Of a stretch of 64,000 bases of DNA, positions 35,940 to 45,530 are shown piece after piece. How positions within the stretch are numbered: position 1 is the first letter of the stretch; every line of letters starts with the position of its first letter. The translations under genes and the position numbers were made by a program. The DNA lies in NCBI GenBank assembly GCA_013204385.1, contig JABMNY010000013.1, positions 517 to 64,516 on the forward strand, given 5' to 3'. The DNA is from Candidatus Uhrbacteria bacterium (GTDB lineage Bacteria > Patescibacteriota > Patescibacteriia > UBA9934 > GWF2-40-263). The notes beneath the pieces are model-generated. The model was given only the letters and a program-made list of their open reading frames with translations, searched no databases and was not told the DNA's origin.

Positions 35940-36890
35940 ATGCATATAGCCATTCTCGTATTTGAACAGGAGAAGAAAGAACTTCTACCTGGGTCTAAAA
36001 TGCTCATGGATAAGGCACATCTCATGAAGCATGAGGTGACGATCTTGAGAGAAAATGAATTGTACATTTTGTACGATGGTCAAAGAGAATCTCTTTTTCT
36101 TGCGGGTAAACCGCTGGAGAAGTTTGATGCAGTCATCGTGCGTCCAAGTTTTACTTCAGACCCATCCATTCACGCATCACTCATACGTCAGTTTGAGTTA
36201 CAAGGATACCTTGTAATCAATACGCACTCTGGTGTACATCGAGCTAAAAATAAAGTTCGTACTCTTCAACTTCTTCATCACTATGGAATCCCTATGCCAA
36301 AGACGGTCGTACTTTTTGGGGAAGGGAATTTAGATGAAGTCATGCATGAGTTTAAATATCCAGTGATTGTAAAATCAGCATACGGAGCGGGTGGATCAGG
36401 AGTGTTCATTGCAGAGTCTAAACGATCACTCAAACCCGTGGTTGAACATTTGTTAAAGCGTTCAAAAGTAGAACCAATTAAAATTCAAGAATACATCGCT
36501 GAATCAAAAGGAAAAGATTTACGATTATTCATTGTCGGGAAAAAAGTGGTCGCCACGATGCAGAGATCTGCAAAGAAGGGGGAGTTTCGTTCCAACTTTC
36601 ATAAGGGTGGAAGTGTAAAGGGGGTGCAACCAACAAAACAAGAAGAAGAGATGGCGCTCGCTGCAAGTATTGGGTTGGGTCTTGATATTTCTGGAGTTGA
36701 TATTCTTAGAACCAAAAAAGGACCCGTGATTATCGAAGTGAATTCTCAACCTGGACTTGAGGGAATCAGTCTGGCAACAGGGGTTGATGTCGCAAAAAAA
36801 ATTATTGAATACACAGAAAAATGCGCGAACCTCCGAAAACGAAACGGACAACGACCAGCAAAGGAAAAGCGAAAGTCTCAAGAAGGGTAA
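35940..36890 (+). CDS. rimK: RimK-family ATP-grasp alpha-L-glutamate ligase
   Basis: ATP-grasp motifs (PVIVKSAYGAGGSGV, LRLFIVG, IEVNSQPGL). The RimK/LysX/CofF-like N-terminus and the 316-aa length match the family. Confidence 0.8.
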   Translation: MHIAILVFEQEKKELLPGSKMLMDKAHLMKHEVTILRENELYILYDGQRESLFLAGKPLEKFDAVIVRPSFTSDPSIHASLIRQFELQGYLVINTHSGVHRAKNKVRTLQLLHHYGIPMPKTVVLFGEGNLDEVMHEFKYPVIVKSAYGAGGSGVFIAESKRSLKPVVEHLLKRSKVEPIKIQEYIAESKGKDLRLFIVGKKVVATMQRSAKKGEFRSNFHKGGSVKGVQPTKQEEEMALAASIGLGLDISGVDILRTKKGPVIIEVNSQPGLEGISLATGVDVAKKIIEYTEKCANLRKRNGQRPAKEKRKSQEG

Positions 36891-37415
36891 TTGTCTATGC
36901 AACTTCCATTTCGTCCAAAACAGCAGATGAAGCAACTTCTCCAAAAGGATGAACCGCTTTATCTTACGAAGGAGGGAATAGAAAAGTTCCATCGTCGACT
37001 TAAACAAATTGCGGAAGTGGAATTACCGCAAGCCATTGAGGATGTCAGACGAACAGGGGAGTTTGGGGACTTCTCTGAGAATGCCGAATATCAAGAAGCA
37101 AAGTGGCGCATGAGACGGCTTCGTGATCAACAAACATCCATCACAGAAAAACTAAAGATATCAATACTCATCGAAACGACATCCGAAGACGAAGGGATGG
37201 TACAAATGGGCTCAAGGGTCTGTATAAAGAAGCAGACCGGGGAAGCGAAGTCTTTTCAGATTGTAGGACCAGAAGAGACAGATCCATTGAAAGGAAGGCT
37301 CTCCTTTAAATCCCCATTGGGAGCCCGTCTAATGGGGCGCACAGTGGGAGAGGAAGTTACCCTTTCAAGTCCATCAGGCGAGACGGTTTATCAAATCATT
37401 TCCATTGACTCTTAA
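36891..37415 (+). CDS. greA: Transcription elongation factor GreA
   Basis: GDFSENAEY motif in the coiled-coil domain and a C-terminal FKBP-like domain (SFQIVGPEE...SPLGARLMG). Confidence 0.85.
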   Translation: MSMQLPFRPKQQMKQLLQKDEPLYLTKEGIEKFHRRLKQIAEVELPQAIEDVRRTGEFGDFSENAEYQEAKWRMRRLRDQQTSITEKLKISILIETTSEDEGMVQMGSRVCIKKQTGEAKSFQIVGPEETDPLKGRLSFKSPLGARLMGRTVGEEVTLSSPSGETVYQIISIDS

Positions 37416-37464
37416 GAGGTCTCTCTATTGACAAAATCCCATTTTTTGACTAGATTAACGACAT

Positions 37465-38088
37465 ATGAAAGCTTCAACTTCTCTGTCACGTGTAATTATC
37501 TTGAGTTTTGTGCTCTTTTTTGCCATTACTCCTGGTGTTTTTGCACATGAATCTTTTGCAACCTACCTCCCAACCAATCTCCGTACTTGGAATACATATG
37601 GAACTCCAACTGTTACGACAAGTACAGTCACTCTTCAGGGGTCTGATAAAGAGTGGGTGTATGTCGATATTGATGTTCGCACCCTTACCTCATCATATGT
37701 AGCTCTTGCTGCTTATGTTGATAAGGATGACACACGAACAACATACACTTCGTCAGATCGAAATCGATCTGGAAATCCCTATTTGTATGCATATTACCTC
37801 GACCGAAATGGAAAGATCATTAAGTATCTTTCTGGATCTGAATTGATGGAGACTACACGAAAGGGATCAGATCATGTGGTGTATGGAATTTTTCCTACCG
37901 TTTCTGGAGCTACATCAATGCGTGTATTCTTGAAACAAAGCTCCGTGAAGAATCTGAGTAACAAAGGAGTAAATGTCACCTTTACAACACCTGTTCTTAT
38001 TTCAGGAACAAGTCGACAACAACTGCTTTCTCACTTAAAGGATTTTGCAAAAGAGAACGTCCAGGTACAATTTTCTTCCAGTCGATAA
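37465..38088 (+). CDS. Secreted hypothetical protein (signal peptide, Thr/Ser-rich)
   Basis: Signal peptide ending VFAHE. No motif. Confidence 0.4.
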   Translation: MKASTSLSRVIILSFVLFFAITPGVFAHESFATYLPTNLRTWNTYGTPTVTTSTVTLQGSDKEWVYVDIDVRTLTSSYVALAAYVDKDDTRTTYTSSDRNRSGNPYLYAYYLDRNGKIIKYLSGSELMETTRKGSDHVVYGIFPTVSGATSMRVFLKQSSVKNLSNKGVNVTFTTPVLISGTSRQQLLSHLKDFAKENVQVQFSSSR

Positions 38089-38093
38089 AAGTA

Positions 38094-38120
38094 AACGACC
38101 GGGTGTCCGGTCGTTTTTTC
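38094..38120. terminator. Bidirectional rho-independent terminator
   Basis: aacgaccgg gtgt ccggtcgtt followed by tttttc, between convergent genes. Confidence 0.7.
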
Positions 38121-38751
38121 ATGGATCAAGATCCTGAATGAATGCTCCCTCGATGTAGGAGGGTTCAATCAGGTTGAGATCGATGAATGCTTTGTAGATT
38201 GCCCCTACCTCTCGAATCTTATACGGAATTTCTTTTAGATAGGGTTGAAGGGTTGCTGAGAGTCCTGTACTTTCAATACCGAGTTTCTCACAGGTCCAAA
38301 TCGCACGAGGGAGATGATATCCCTGAGAGATAAGAATGGCGTGGTCTATGCCCCAGAGGTCATGCGCCCGACGACAAGTGTCGTAAGTTCTTCTTCCGGC
38401 ATAATCAGCGAAGATGGCTTCTTCAGGAATATCAAAAAGTTCTATCAGCGTTTGTCTCATTACTTCAGGTTCATTGTATTCCTGAATGTGATTATCGCCC
38501 GAGACAAGGATACGTTCGATACGATCTGCAAAAAAGAATTCAGACGCGATGGTAAGGCGGTCCATGAGTGCGTCTGATGGTGTGTTTTGAAGCGTAAGGC
38601 CTGCGCCAAATACAATTCCCACCGGTGAGGAGTGAGTCGTTTCTACGTTCGTGTAGATGCTATTTTTTCCTCGAATCCAAATACATATCGGAAGCAGGAT
38701 ACACAGGAAGAGGAGAGTAGAAACACTTACAATGAAGGAAGTTTTTTTCAT
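38119..38751 (-). CDS. DUF218 (SanA/YdcF/ElyC-like) membrane-anchored protein
   Basis: N-terminal TM, then a GIVFGAGL...ILVSGDNH...AIFADYAGRRTYDTC pattern typical of DUF218. Confidence 0.5.
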   Translation of the reverse strand: MKKTSFIVSVSTLLFLCILLPICIWIRGKNSIYTNVETTHSSPVGIVFGAGLTLQNTPSDALMDRLTIASEFFFADRIERILVSGDNHIQEYNEPEVMRQTLIELFDIPEEAIFADYAGRRTYDTCRRAHDLWGIDHAILISQGYHLPRAIWTCEKLGIESTGLSATLQPYLKEIPYKIREVGAIYKAFIDLNLIEPSYIEGAFIQDLDP

Positions 38752-38850
38752 ATAAAGACGCTTTCATCATAACCTCCATTTGATAATCATGGTACCCCGG
38801 AGGAAAAGAATCCTTAAAATAGAAGGACTTGGTACAAAACGAAACAAACT

Positions 38851-40110
38851 ATGTCTAGAGATGAGTTAGAAAAGAAAGAATTTTACGGATTAGGAATTGC
38901 TCCAACACTCTTAGAGCGAATTGAAGCACTTGGATTTAAACATCCGACCCCGATTCAATTTAAAGCCATTCCTATTGCTTGTACCGGAGAAGATGTTGTC
39001 GGAATTGCACAAACAGGAACAGGAAAGACACTCGCGTTCTCTATCCCCATGCTTCAGCAAATGGCTGCTCGTGGGAAGAAAGGTCTCATTTTGCTTCCAA
39101 CACGTGAGCTTGCTATTCAGGTTGAGACCACTCTCGAGAAACTTGCTGGACCTCTTGGGTTGCGTACAGTGCTTCTTATTGGAGGAGTGAATCCAAACCC
39201 ACAGATCAAAAAACTTCGATTAAAACCACATGTCATTATTGCGACCCCAGGGCGACTCATCGACATGATGCAACAAAAGCATGCGAGACTTGATCAGATT
39301 GGGGTACTTGTTCTTGATGAGGCTGATAGAATGCTTGATATGGGGTTTGCTCCACAACTCAAGAAGATTCTTGCAACCGTTCCTTCTGAGCGTCAAACAA
39401 TGCTTTTTTCAGCAACCATGCCAGAGCAAATTGCTTCTATTGCACGTCAATACATGAAGAGTCCATTGCGTGTGGAAGTCGCTCCTGCAGGAACAACCGC
39501 TGAAAGCGTGGAACAAGAGATGTTTATTGTTCCTAAGAACGACAAAACAGAGCTTTTAAAACGCTTGCTCACGGAATATAAAGGAACAATCCTCGTTTTT
39601 TGTCGAACAAAACATGGAGCAAGTAAACTTGCTCGTTCAATTCGAGGAATGGGGCATAGCTCTGCAGAGATTCATTCAAACCGTTCACAGAATCAGCGAC
39701 AAGAAGCACTTCGTGGGTTTACAAATGGAAAGTACCGTGTGATGGTGGCAACGGATATTGCTGCGCGTGGAATTGACGTGAAAAATATTGAGCTCGTTGT
39801 CAATTACGATCTTCCTGATCAACTTGAAGATTATGTTCACCGTATTGGACGAACGGGTCGAGCGGGAAGTACAGGAAAAGCAATTTCGTTTGCAGCTCCT
39901 GAACAAAAAAATGATATTATCCAAATTGAACGTTTGATCAAAGCGACTCTAACGGTAAAAACACCAGAAGGGGAATTGATAGAGCGCAAAGATCGTGCTG
40001 GAAGTGGTGGAGGCTCTCGATCACGCTCAGGTGGCGGAGGTCGTGGTGGACGTAGTGGTGGTGGACGTCCAGGACGTGCACGAACGCGAGGTCCTTCAAA
40101 ACGATATTAA
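38851..40110 (+). CDS. DEAD-box ATP-dependent RNA helicase with a C-terminal RGG/Gly-Arg-rich tail
   Basis: Q motif, GTGKT, DEAD (VLDEADRM), SAT, HRIGRTGRAG, and a tail GSGGGSRSRSGGGGRGGRSGGGRPGRAR. Confidence 0.9.
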   Translation: MSRDELEKKEFYGLGIAPTLLERIEALGFKHPTPIQFKAIPIACTGEDVVGIAQTGTGKTLAFSIPMLQQMAARGKKGLILLPTRELAIQVETTLEKLAGPLGLRTVLLIGGVNPNPQIKKLRLKPHVIIATPGRLIDMMQQKHARLDQIGVLVLDEADRMLDMGFAPQLKKILATVPSERQTMLFSATMPEQIASIARQYMKSPLRVEVAPAGTTAESVEQEMFIVPKNDKTELLKRLLTEYKGTILVFCRTKHGASKLARSIRGMGHSSAEIHSNRSQNQRQEALRGFTNGKYRVMVATDIAARGIDVKNIELVVNYDLPDQLEDYVHRIGRTGRAGSTGKAISFAAPEQKNDIIQIERLIKATLTVKTPEGELIERKDRAGSGGGSRSRSGGGGRGGRSGGGRPGRARTRGPSKRY

Positions 40111-40146
40111 AAGAAAAACATCCGGGAAAATCCCCGGATGTTTTGT

Positions 40147-40596
40147 TCACTTCCACCCAAACGCACTGTAGACTTGCCCCTCACGAATATGATCGAACGC
40201 TTGTTTGTAGTAATCGATGGTAGATTCTGGAAGTGCTTCAAGTGGGAACCAGGTGAGTTCAGAACATTTTTCCACCTCGCAATTCGTTGGTGTTCCTTCC
40301 CAGCGCTGACAAAGAAAGAAGAAATCGACGCATTCATGGTCTCCGCAGTGTCGATGCATGACATGTCCAAGTTCTAAATTCTCTGACTGTAAGTTGAGAC
40401 CAACTTCTTCTCGAGCCTCCCGAATCATGGCCTGTGTGAGTTCTTCTTCCCCGTCTACATGCCCTGCAGGAAGTCCAAACTCATTGTCTTTATAGCCCGT
40501 ATTTTGGCGTTTTAATAAAAGAACTTGTCCCTGTTCATTGAGAAGGATAAGGTAAACAGACACAACAGCTCTAAATCGATCTTTCCAATGGATCAT
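40147..40596 (-). CDS. NUDIX hydrolase
   Basis: Nudix box GHVDGEEELTQAMIREAREEVGL (GX5EX7REUXEEXGU). Confidence 0.75.
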   Translation of the reverse strand: MIHWKDRFRAVVSVYLILLNEQGQVLLLKRQNTGYKDNEFGLPAGHVDGEEELTQAMIREAREEVGLNLQSENLELGHVMHRHCGDHECVDFFFLCQRWEGTPTNCEVEKCSELTWFPLEALPESTIDYYKQAFDHIREGQVYSAFGWK

Positions 40597-40619
40597 ATGA
40601 GGGTTATTATAGCAGGCGT

Positions 40620-41321
40620 ATGAAAACACGACTAAACAAATATTTGGCCGAAAGAGGCATCTGCTCTCGTCGTCAAGCAGATGTCCTTATTGCTGATGGG
40701 GCCGTTCTGGTAAATGGGGAAGTGGCGACTCTCGGACTCCCGGTTGATGAAACAGATGAGATACGAGTTCATGGGGACATGATCAATCGCATGAGACCCA
40801 AAAAAGTGTATCTTGCATTCAATAAACCTGTGGGGATCATGACCTCTGTTGATCCTCATGCTCCTGATACAATACGAACATTTTTAAATCTTCCAAATCA
40901 TATTTTTTCCGTGGGACGACTCGATGTTGCTTCCAGCGGGTTATTAATTTTGACGAACGATGGAGATCTCTCAGAACATATTACACATCCTCGATACGAT
41001 CATGAAAAAGAATATCTTGTTTCTGTTGATCGTCCTGTGCTTCGTGAAGATCTTCGGGAAATGGCAGATGGGATGATGATCTTGGGTTCTATGACAAAAT
41101 CTGCGCAAGTCAAAAAAATTGGAGATCAACGATTTACAATTGTTCTTACAGAGGGAAGAAACAGGCAAATTCGCAGAATGTGCGAGGCCTTAGGGTATGG
41201 CATCACCTCACTTAAACGCATACGAGTCATGAATATTGAGTTGGGAGATCTTCCGATTGGGGAGACACGTCCGCTTACCTCTAAAGAGCTTCATGTGCTC
41301 AGACAGAGTTTAAGTTTGTAG
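40620..41321 (+). CDS. Pseudouridine synthase, RsuA/RluB family (S4 domain plus catalytic domain)
   Basis: S4 domain N-terminus (RLNKYLAERGICSRRQAD) and the catalytic motif GRLDVASSGLLILTNDG. Confidence 0.8.
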   Translation: MKTRLNKYLAERGICSRRQADVLIADGAVLVNGEVATLGLPVDETDEIRVHGDMINRMRPKKVYLAFNKPVGIMTSVDPHAPDTIRTFLNLPNHIFSVGRLDVASSGLLILTNDGDLSEHITHPRYDHEKEYLVSVDRPVLREDLREMADGMMILGSMTKSAQVKKIGDQRFTIVLTEGRNRQIRRMCEALGYGITSLKRIRVMNIELGDLPIGETRPLTSKELHVLRQSLSL

Positions 41322-42080
41322 CCCCGTACGTTTTCGTAAGAGAGCGATGAGGGCAATTCCAAGGACGGAAGTCAGTAAGAACATCGTAATGGCACTCCCG
41401 AGAATGGGAGTACTTGCGTGTCCGGTAAATCCGTATCGAAATCCATCGATTGCATACGCGAGCGGATTAAATCTTGCAATGGTATGCCAAACGCCTGGAA
41501 GATTTGCGATGTCATAAAAGACTCCTCCAAGATAGGTCAGGGGAGTAAGTACAAACGTTGGAACGATTCCCACGTCATCAAACTTGCGAGCAAACATTCC
41601 ATTTAAGAATCCGAGCATGGAGAAAAAGATGGCTGTTACAATACTGAAGTAGATAACTGCCCAAAGATGGGTAATTGTGGACGGAACAAAAAAGAGTGAG
41701 ACAATAAAGACAATCACACCAACAACGAGACTGCGGAAAATTCCTCCTGTACAGAACCCAGCAAGCAAGGTGGAGGGGGAGACAGGGGCAACAAGGATTT
41801 CTTCGATACTTCGTTGAAATTTCGCTCCAAAAAATGAGCTCGCAACATTCGAAAAAGCACTCGTCACAACAGCCATAAGAATAAGTCCTGGAACGATGAA
41901 TCCTGCATAGCTCTGACCTCCTACTTCTCCGATACGAGATCCAAGAAATGCGCCAAAGATCACAAAATACAGGGATTGGGTAATGATCGGAGGAAGGAGT
42001 GTTTGTGTCCAAATGCGCAGAATTCTGGTGACTTCTTTGCGGGCGATGGTGATGTACGCAATGGTAGGGGAGTATGTCAT
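41310..42080 (-). CDS. ABC-2 type transporter permease
   Basis: Six TM helices with ABC-2 topology. Start taken at Met 42080, 13 nt downstream of the ATPase stop. Confidence 0.65.
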   Translation of the reverse strand: MTYSPTIAYITIARKEVTRILRIWTQTLLPPIITQSLYFVIFGAFLGSRIGEVGGQSYAGFIVPGLILMAVVTSAFSNVASSFFGAKFQRSIEEILVAPVSPSTLLAGFCTGGIFRSLVVGVIVFIVSLFFVPSTITHLWAVIYFSIVTAIFFSMLGFLNGMFARKFDDVGIVPTFVLTPLTYLGGVFYDIANLPGVWHTIARFNPLAYAIDGFRYGFTGHASTPILGSAITMFLLTSVLGIALIALLRKRTGLQT

Positions 42081-42093
42081 AGGATTAGACTTG

Positions 42094-42990
42094 TTACATG
42101 GCTGCTTCAATAAAGACCTCCTCAAGACGGTTTGCTTTTGGTCGAATATCACGAATGGTTACTCCATGTGACGCGAAGTCCTGAATCATGGATGTGACAC
42201 TCGTCCCTTGTTTGAGAGACGCTTCCCACGTGGTTGCGTTTTTTTGTTTGAGATTATAGATCCCCCCTTCTGTAAGGAGTTGATCTGTCGTAAGGACAAA
42301 TGATTGTGCGGAGAGTTCGTTAAGGAGCTCTTGGATCGGAGCGTTTCGGACAACCTCACCTTGTCTCATCATCACAATTTGTTCACAGAGTTCCTCTGCT
42401 TCTTCAAGGTAGTGTGTGGTGAGAAGGATGGTCGTCCCTTGCGCATGGATTTTCCGAATGAACTCCCACATCCCCCGACGAAGCTCAACATCAACTCCCG
42501 CAGACGGTTCATCAAGGAGCAATATTTTTGGCTCATGAATGAGTGCGCGCGCGATCATGAGTCGACGTTTCATTCCGCCTGACAGGGTTCGAGCCGTTGC
42601 AGTTCGTTTGTCCCAAAGTCCCAGTTCGTGTAGAAGGTTGTCAGCTCGTTCTCTTGCAGTCTTCCGAGGGACTCCATAGTATCCAGCTTGATCGATTAAA
42701 ATGTCTTCAACCTTTTCAAAGATACTAAAATTGAATTCTTGGGGGACGACACCAATATAGGATCTCGCAAGCTCAGGTTGGTCATCAAGATTAATTCCAG
42801 CAACTAAAATTTGACCACCAGTCTTCCTTACAAGTCCTGTAAGAATTCCAATAAGCGTCGTTTTCCCAGCCCCATTGGCTCCCAAGAGTCCCGTCATGCT
42901 TCCAGCTTTGACTTCAAACGAAACATTCTTAAGTGCTTGAGTTCCTGTTGAATAGGTCTTTTCGACATGTGTGAGGGTGATTGCGTTCAT
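42094..42990 (-). CDS. ABC transporter ATP-binding protein (ABC-2/DrrA-like exporter ATPase)
   Basis: Walker A GANGAGKTT, signature LSGGMKRRL, and Walker B LLLDEPSAGVD. Confidence 0.85.
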   Translation of the reverse strand: MNAITLTHVEKTYSTGTQALKNVSFEVKAGSMTGLLGANGAGKTTLIGILTGLVRKTGGQILVAGINLDDQPELARSYIGVVPQEFNFSIFEKVEDILIDQAGYYGVPRKTARERADNLLHELGLWDKRTATARTLSGGMKRRLMIARALIHEPKILLLDEPSAGVDVELRRGMWEFIRKIHAQGTTILLTTHYLEEAEELCEQIVMMRQGEVVRNAPIQELLNELSAQSFVLTTDQLLTEGGIYNLKQKNATTWEASLKQGTSVTSMIQDFASHGVTIRDIRPKANRLEEVFIEAAM

Positions 42991-43079
42991 AGTGGCGGTA
43001 GTATACAGGATTCTATTTGGTAAAGAAAAAGACCGTGGGTAAGAACCACACGGTCGCGTTTGTGATCAGAGGATCTTGG

Positions 43080-43820
43080 TCACCAGCCTCCGCCAGCTCC
43101 CCCTCCGCCGAAACTCCCTCCGCCGAAACCTCCTCCGCCACTCGAACCAGAGCTTCCACCCCAGTCTGAGGATCCGGAGCTGTAGTTGCCACCACCTCCA
43201 CCCCCTCCGCCTTTGCTCATGACGAGAAGGACAAAAAGGATGATCAGAAAGATGATCAGGATGACCATCGCTTCAGAACTGAGCTGAGCTTCTTGGGTGG
43301 TGTCACCGTTCATCCTGGTTATGTTGGGTGGACTGTAAGGTTCTCCCTTGACCACCTTGATGATGGCGTCCACCCCAGCTTCGATGGCTTCAGGAGGTTT
43401 CCCATCCTTGAAGAGCGGTTCGATGCTCCTTGTGATGATCATCTTGGCTGTGGCGTCTGGGAGAACTCCTTCGACACCATAGCCCGTCGCGATCCAGATC
43501 CTGCGCTCCTTCATGGCGATCAGGAAGACGATGCCATTGTCTTCGCCTTTCTGGCCCACGCCCCACTCCTCGCCGATGTTGGTGGCGAAGGAGGCAGGAG
43601 TTTCGCCATTGAGGGTTTGTACTGTGATGACGGCAAATTGTGCCGTGTTGCCATCTTCTAGAGTCTGGATCTTGCGCTCGAGCGTTGCTTCACGGTCGTC
43701 GGGAATGACATTCGCGAAGTCATGGACGAACTTGCCAGGCTTTGGGCTTGGGTAGGCCTGAGCCTGAGTGCTGAACAAGATGCACATCAGAGCAAGGAGG
43801 AGCAGATGTAGTCTGTTCAT
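43080..43820 (-). CDS. TPM domain protein (YgcG-like) with a signal peptide, a C-terminal TM and a Gly-rich tail; high GC
   Basis: FVHDFANVI...IVFLIAMKERRIWIATGYG TPM pattern. The tail is GGGGGGGGNYSSG...GGGW. Start at Met 43820 has a GGAGG SD and a 4-nt overlap with the upstream stop. Confidence 0.6.
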   Translation of the reverse strand: MNRLHLLLLALMCILFSTQAQAYPSPKPGKFVHDFANVIPDDREATLERKIQTLEDGNTAQFAVITVQTLNGETPASFATNIGEEWGVGQKGEDNGIVFLIAMKERRIWIATGYGVEGVLPDATAKMIITRSIEPLFKDGKPPEAIEAGVDAIIKVVKGEPYSPPNITRMNGDTTQEAQLSSEAMVILIIFLIILFVLLVMSKGGGGGGGGNYSSGSSDWGGSSGSSGGGGFGGGSFGGGGAGGGW

Positions 43821-43821
43821 C

Positions 43822-44304
43822 TCACACCTCCAGAACTGGTCGGTTGGGAAGCTCGTTCGTGTCATCGTGCTTCTTGGGGAAATGCTCGCACAGGCATCTG
43901 CCGATGGCTTCTACGGATTCGCAGATACCTTTGGTTGAATGTCTTTCATGGAACGCAGATGAGAGTTCTATGGCCTGTTGCTCCCAGAAGTTGGGAGGTA
44001 GGAGATTGTTGATGCCCTCGTCCCCCATGATGTAGAAGGCGCGATCAGCGAGCACGATCAAGAGCAGAACGCCGGTTTTGTCCCGAGTGTCATGCATCTT
44101 GTGCTTGAGGAAGTCGGCTTCTGCCTGAGTCTTGACGTCAGGAATGCTGTCGTCGCGACGTGCACGGATGACCACACGGATCTCTCCAGAGGTGGTTTGC
44201 TCGGCCTTGGTGACAGCCACAGTGATCGCGTCGAGGTCCTGCTTGGAGAACATTCGATGCATCCACCAGAGGTCGATCAGTCGTTGAAAGAACTTCATGA
44301 TCAC
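43822..44304 (-). CDS. TPM domain protein (TLP18.3/DUF477-like); high GC
   Basis: GEIRVVIRARRDDS...GVLLLIVLADRAFYIMGDEGI pattern, 160 aa. Confidence 0.55.
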   Translation of the reverse strand: MIMKFFQRLIDLWWMHRMFSKQDLDAITVAVTKAEQTTSGEIRVVIRARRDDSIPDVKTQAEADFLKHKMHDTRDKTGVLLLIVLADRAFYIMGDEGINNLLPPNFWEQQAIELSSAFHERHSTKGICESVEAIGRCLCEHFPKKHDDTNELPNRPVLEV

Positions 44305-44307
44305 TCC

Positions 44308-44907
44308 TTACTCGAAGCTGACGGTCGGAGCCTTGTCGGATCCTTCGTCAGCCTTGAAGTAGGGGTAGGAGCGTTCGAAGTCCATCCCAGCGATTGACAC
44401 GATCATGTTGGTGAAGAACCCCTTGCGAGCCGCGTTGTAGTCCTTCACAGCCTCGTTGTAGCGATGCCGTTCGGTTCCGATACGGTTCTCGGTTCCTTCG
44501 AGCTGGGCCTGCAAGACCAGGAAGTTCTCGTTGGCCTTCAAGTCCGGGTAGGACTCGACGACCGCGAGAAGCTTGCTGAGCGCGCCCGAGAGTTGGCTCT
44601 GAGCGGCCATGTAGCTTGCGATCTGCTCGGAGGTAGCAGAGCTGATGTCGATCTTCACCTTGCCGACCGAGGCACGCGCATCGGTCACTTCGGCGAGAAC
44701 CTTCTCCTCGTGGGAGACATAGCCCTTCACGGTTGATACGAGGTTCGGGATGAGGTCCGCTCGACGCTGGTACTGCGTCTCGACATTTCCCCACTGGCTG
44801 TTGACTCCCTCTTCGTATCCGACGAGAGAGTTGTTCACTCCCGCGAGGCTCAGGACGAAGAGGACAAGCATGCCACCAAGGGCAGCGAGAATAGAGGTTG
44901 CTTTCAC
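44308..44907 (-). CDS. LemA family protein; high GC
   Basis: N-terminal TM, then WGNVETQYQRRADLIPNLVSTVKGY...HE..VLAEVTDAR, which matches the LemA consensus. Confidence 0.8.
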   Translation of the reverse strand: MKATSILAALGGMLVLFVLSLAGVNNSLVGYEEGVNSQWGNVETQYQRRADLIPNLVSTVKGYVSHEEKVLAEVTDARASVGKVKIDISSATSEQIASYMAAQSQLSGALSKLLAVVESYPDLKANENFLVLQAQLEGTENRIGTERHRYNEAVKDYNAARKGFFTNMIVSIAGMDFERSYPYFKADEGSDKAPTVSFE

Positions 44908-45037
44908 GGTTACTCCTTTATCTCGATGGAAGACCCAACGAGGTGAAGAATATACAGCAAATACTTCATTTTGTCAACTCATCCATGTAATTAAAAAATC
45001 ACCTTATTCAGATGATTTTTTAAAGTCGGATGGATGA

Positions 45038-45526
45038 TTATAGATAGGACTCTCTCCGAATACGGTGGCAGGTATATCCTCCAGGGTTCTTCTGGAGAAA
45101 GTCTTGGTGATACTCTTCTGCGGGATAAAATGTTGTAAATGGCTCAAGGCTTGTCACAACTGGTTTTTTCCAATACCCAGATGCATTTACTCGGTCGATC
45201 AATTCTTGAGCTTCACTTTTCTCATCTTCAGTTGAGTAAAAAATAGCTGAGCGATAGGATTCTCCGATATCATTTCCTTGTCGATTTAGCGTGGTTGGGT
45301 CGTGAACACGGAAAAAGAAATCAAGGAGCTGTTTGTATGAGATTGCTTCTGGATCATAGCTAATCTCTACAGCCTCCGCATGTCCAGGATGATTCTCATT
45401 GTCTGGATCCTGGTTTGCACCTCCTGTGTAACCAACTTGAGTGGTGATAACACCTGGGAGCGCACGAACTAATTCTTCGAGCCCCCAGAAACAACCACCT
45501 GCAAAAATAGCGGTCTTCGTTGCCAT
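45038..45526 (-). CDS. msrA: Peptide methionine sulfoxide reductase MsrA
   Basis: GGCFWGLEE active-site motif near the N-terminus. Start at Met 45526 matches the typical MsrA N-terminus. Confidence 0.85.
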   Translation of the reverse strand: MATKTAIFAGGCFWGLEELVRALPGVITTQVGYTGGANQDPDNENHPGHAEAVEISYDPEAISYKQLLDFFFRVHDPTTLNRQGNDIGESYRSAIFYSTEDEKSEAQELIDRVNASGYWKKPVVTSLEPFTTFYPAEEYHQDFLQKNPGGYTCHRIRRESYL

Positions 45527-45530
45527 AATT

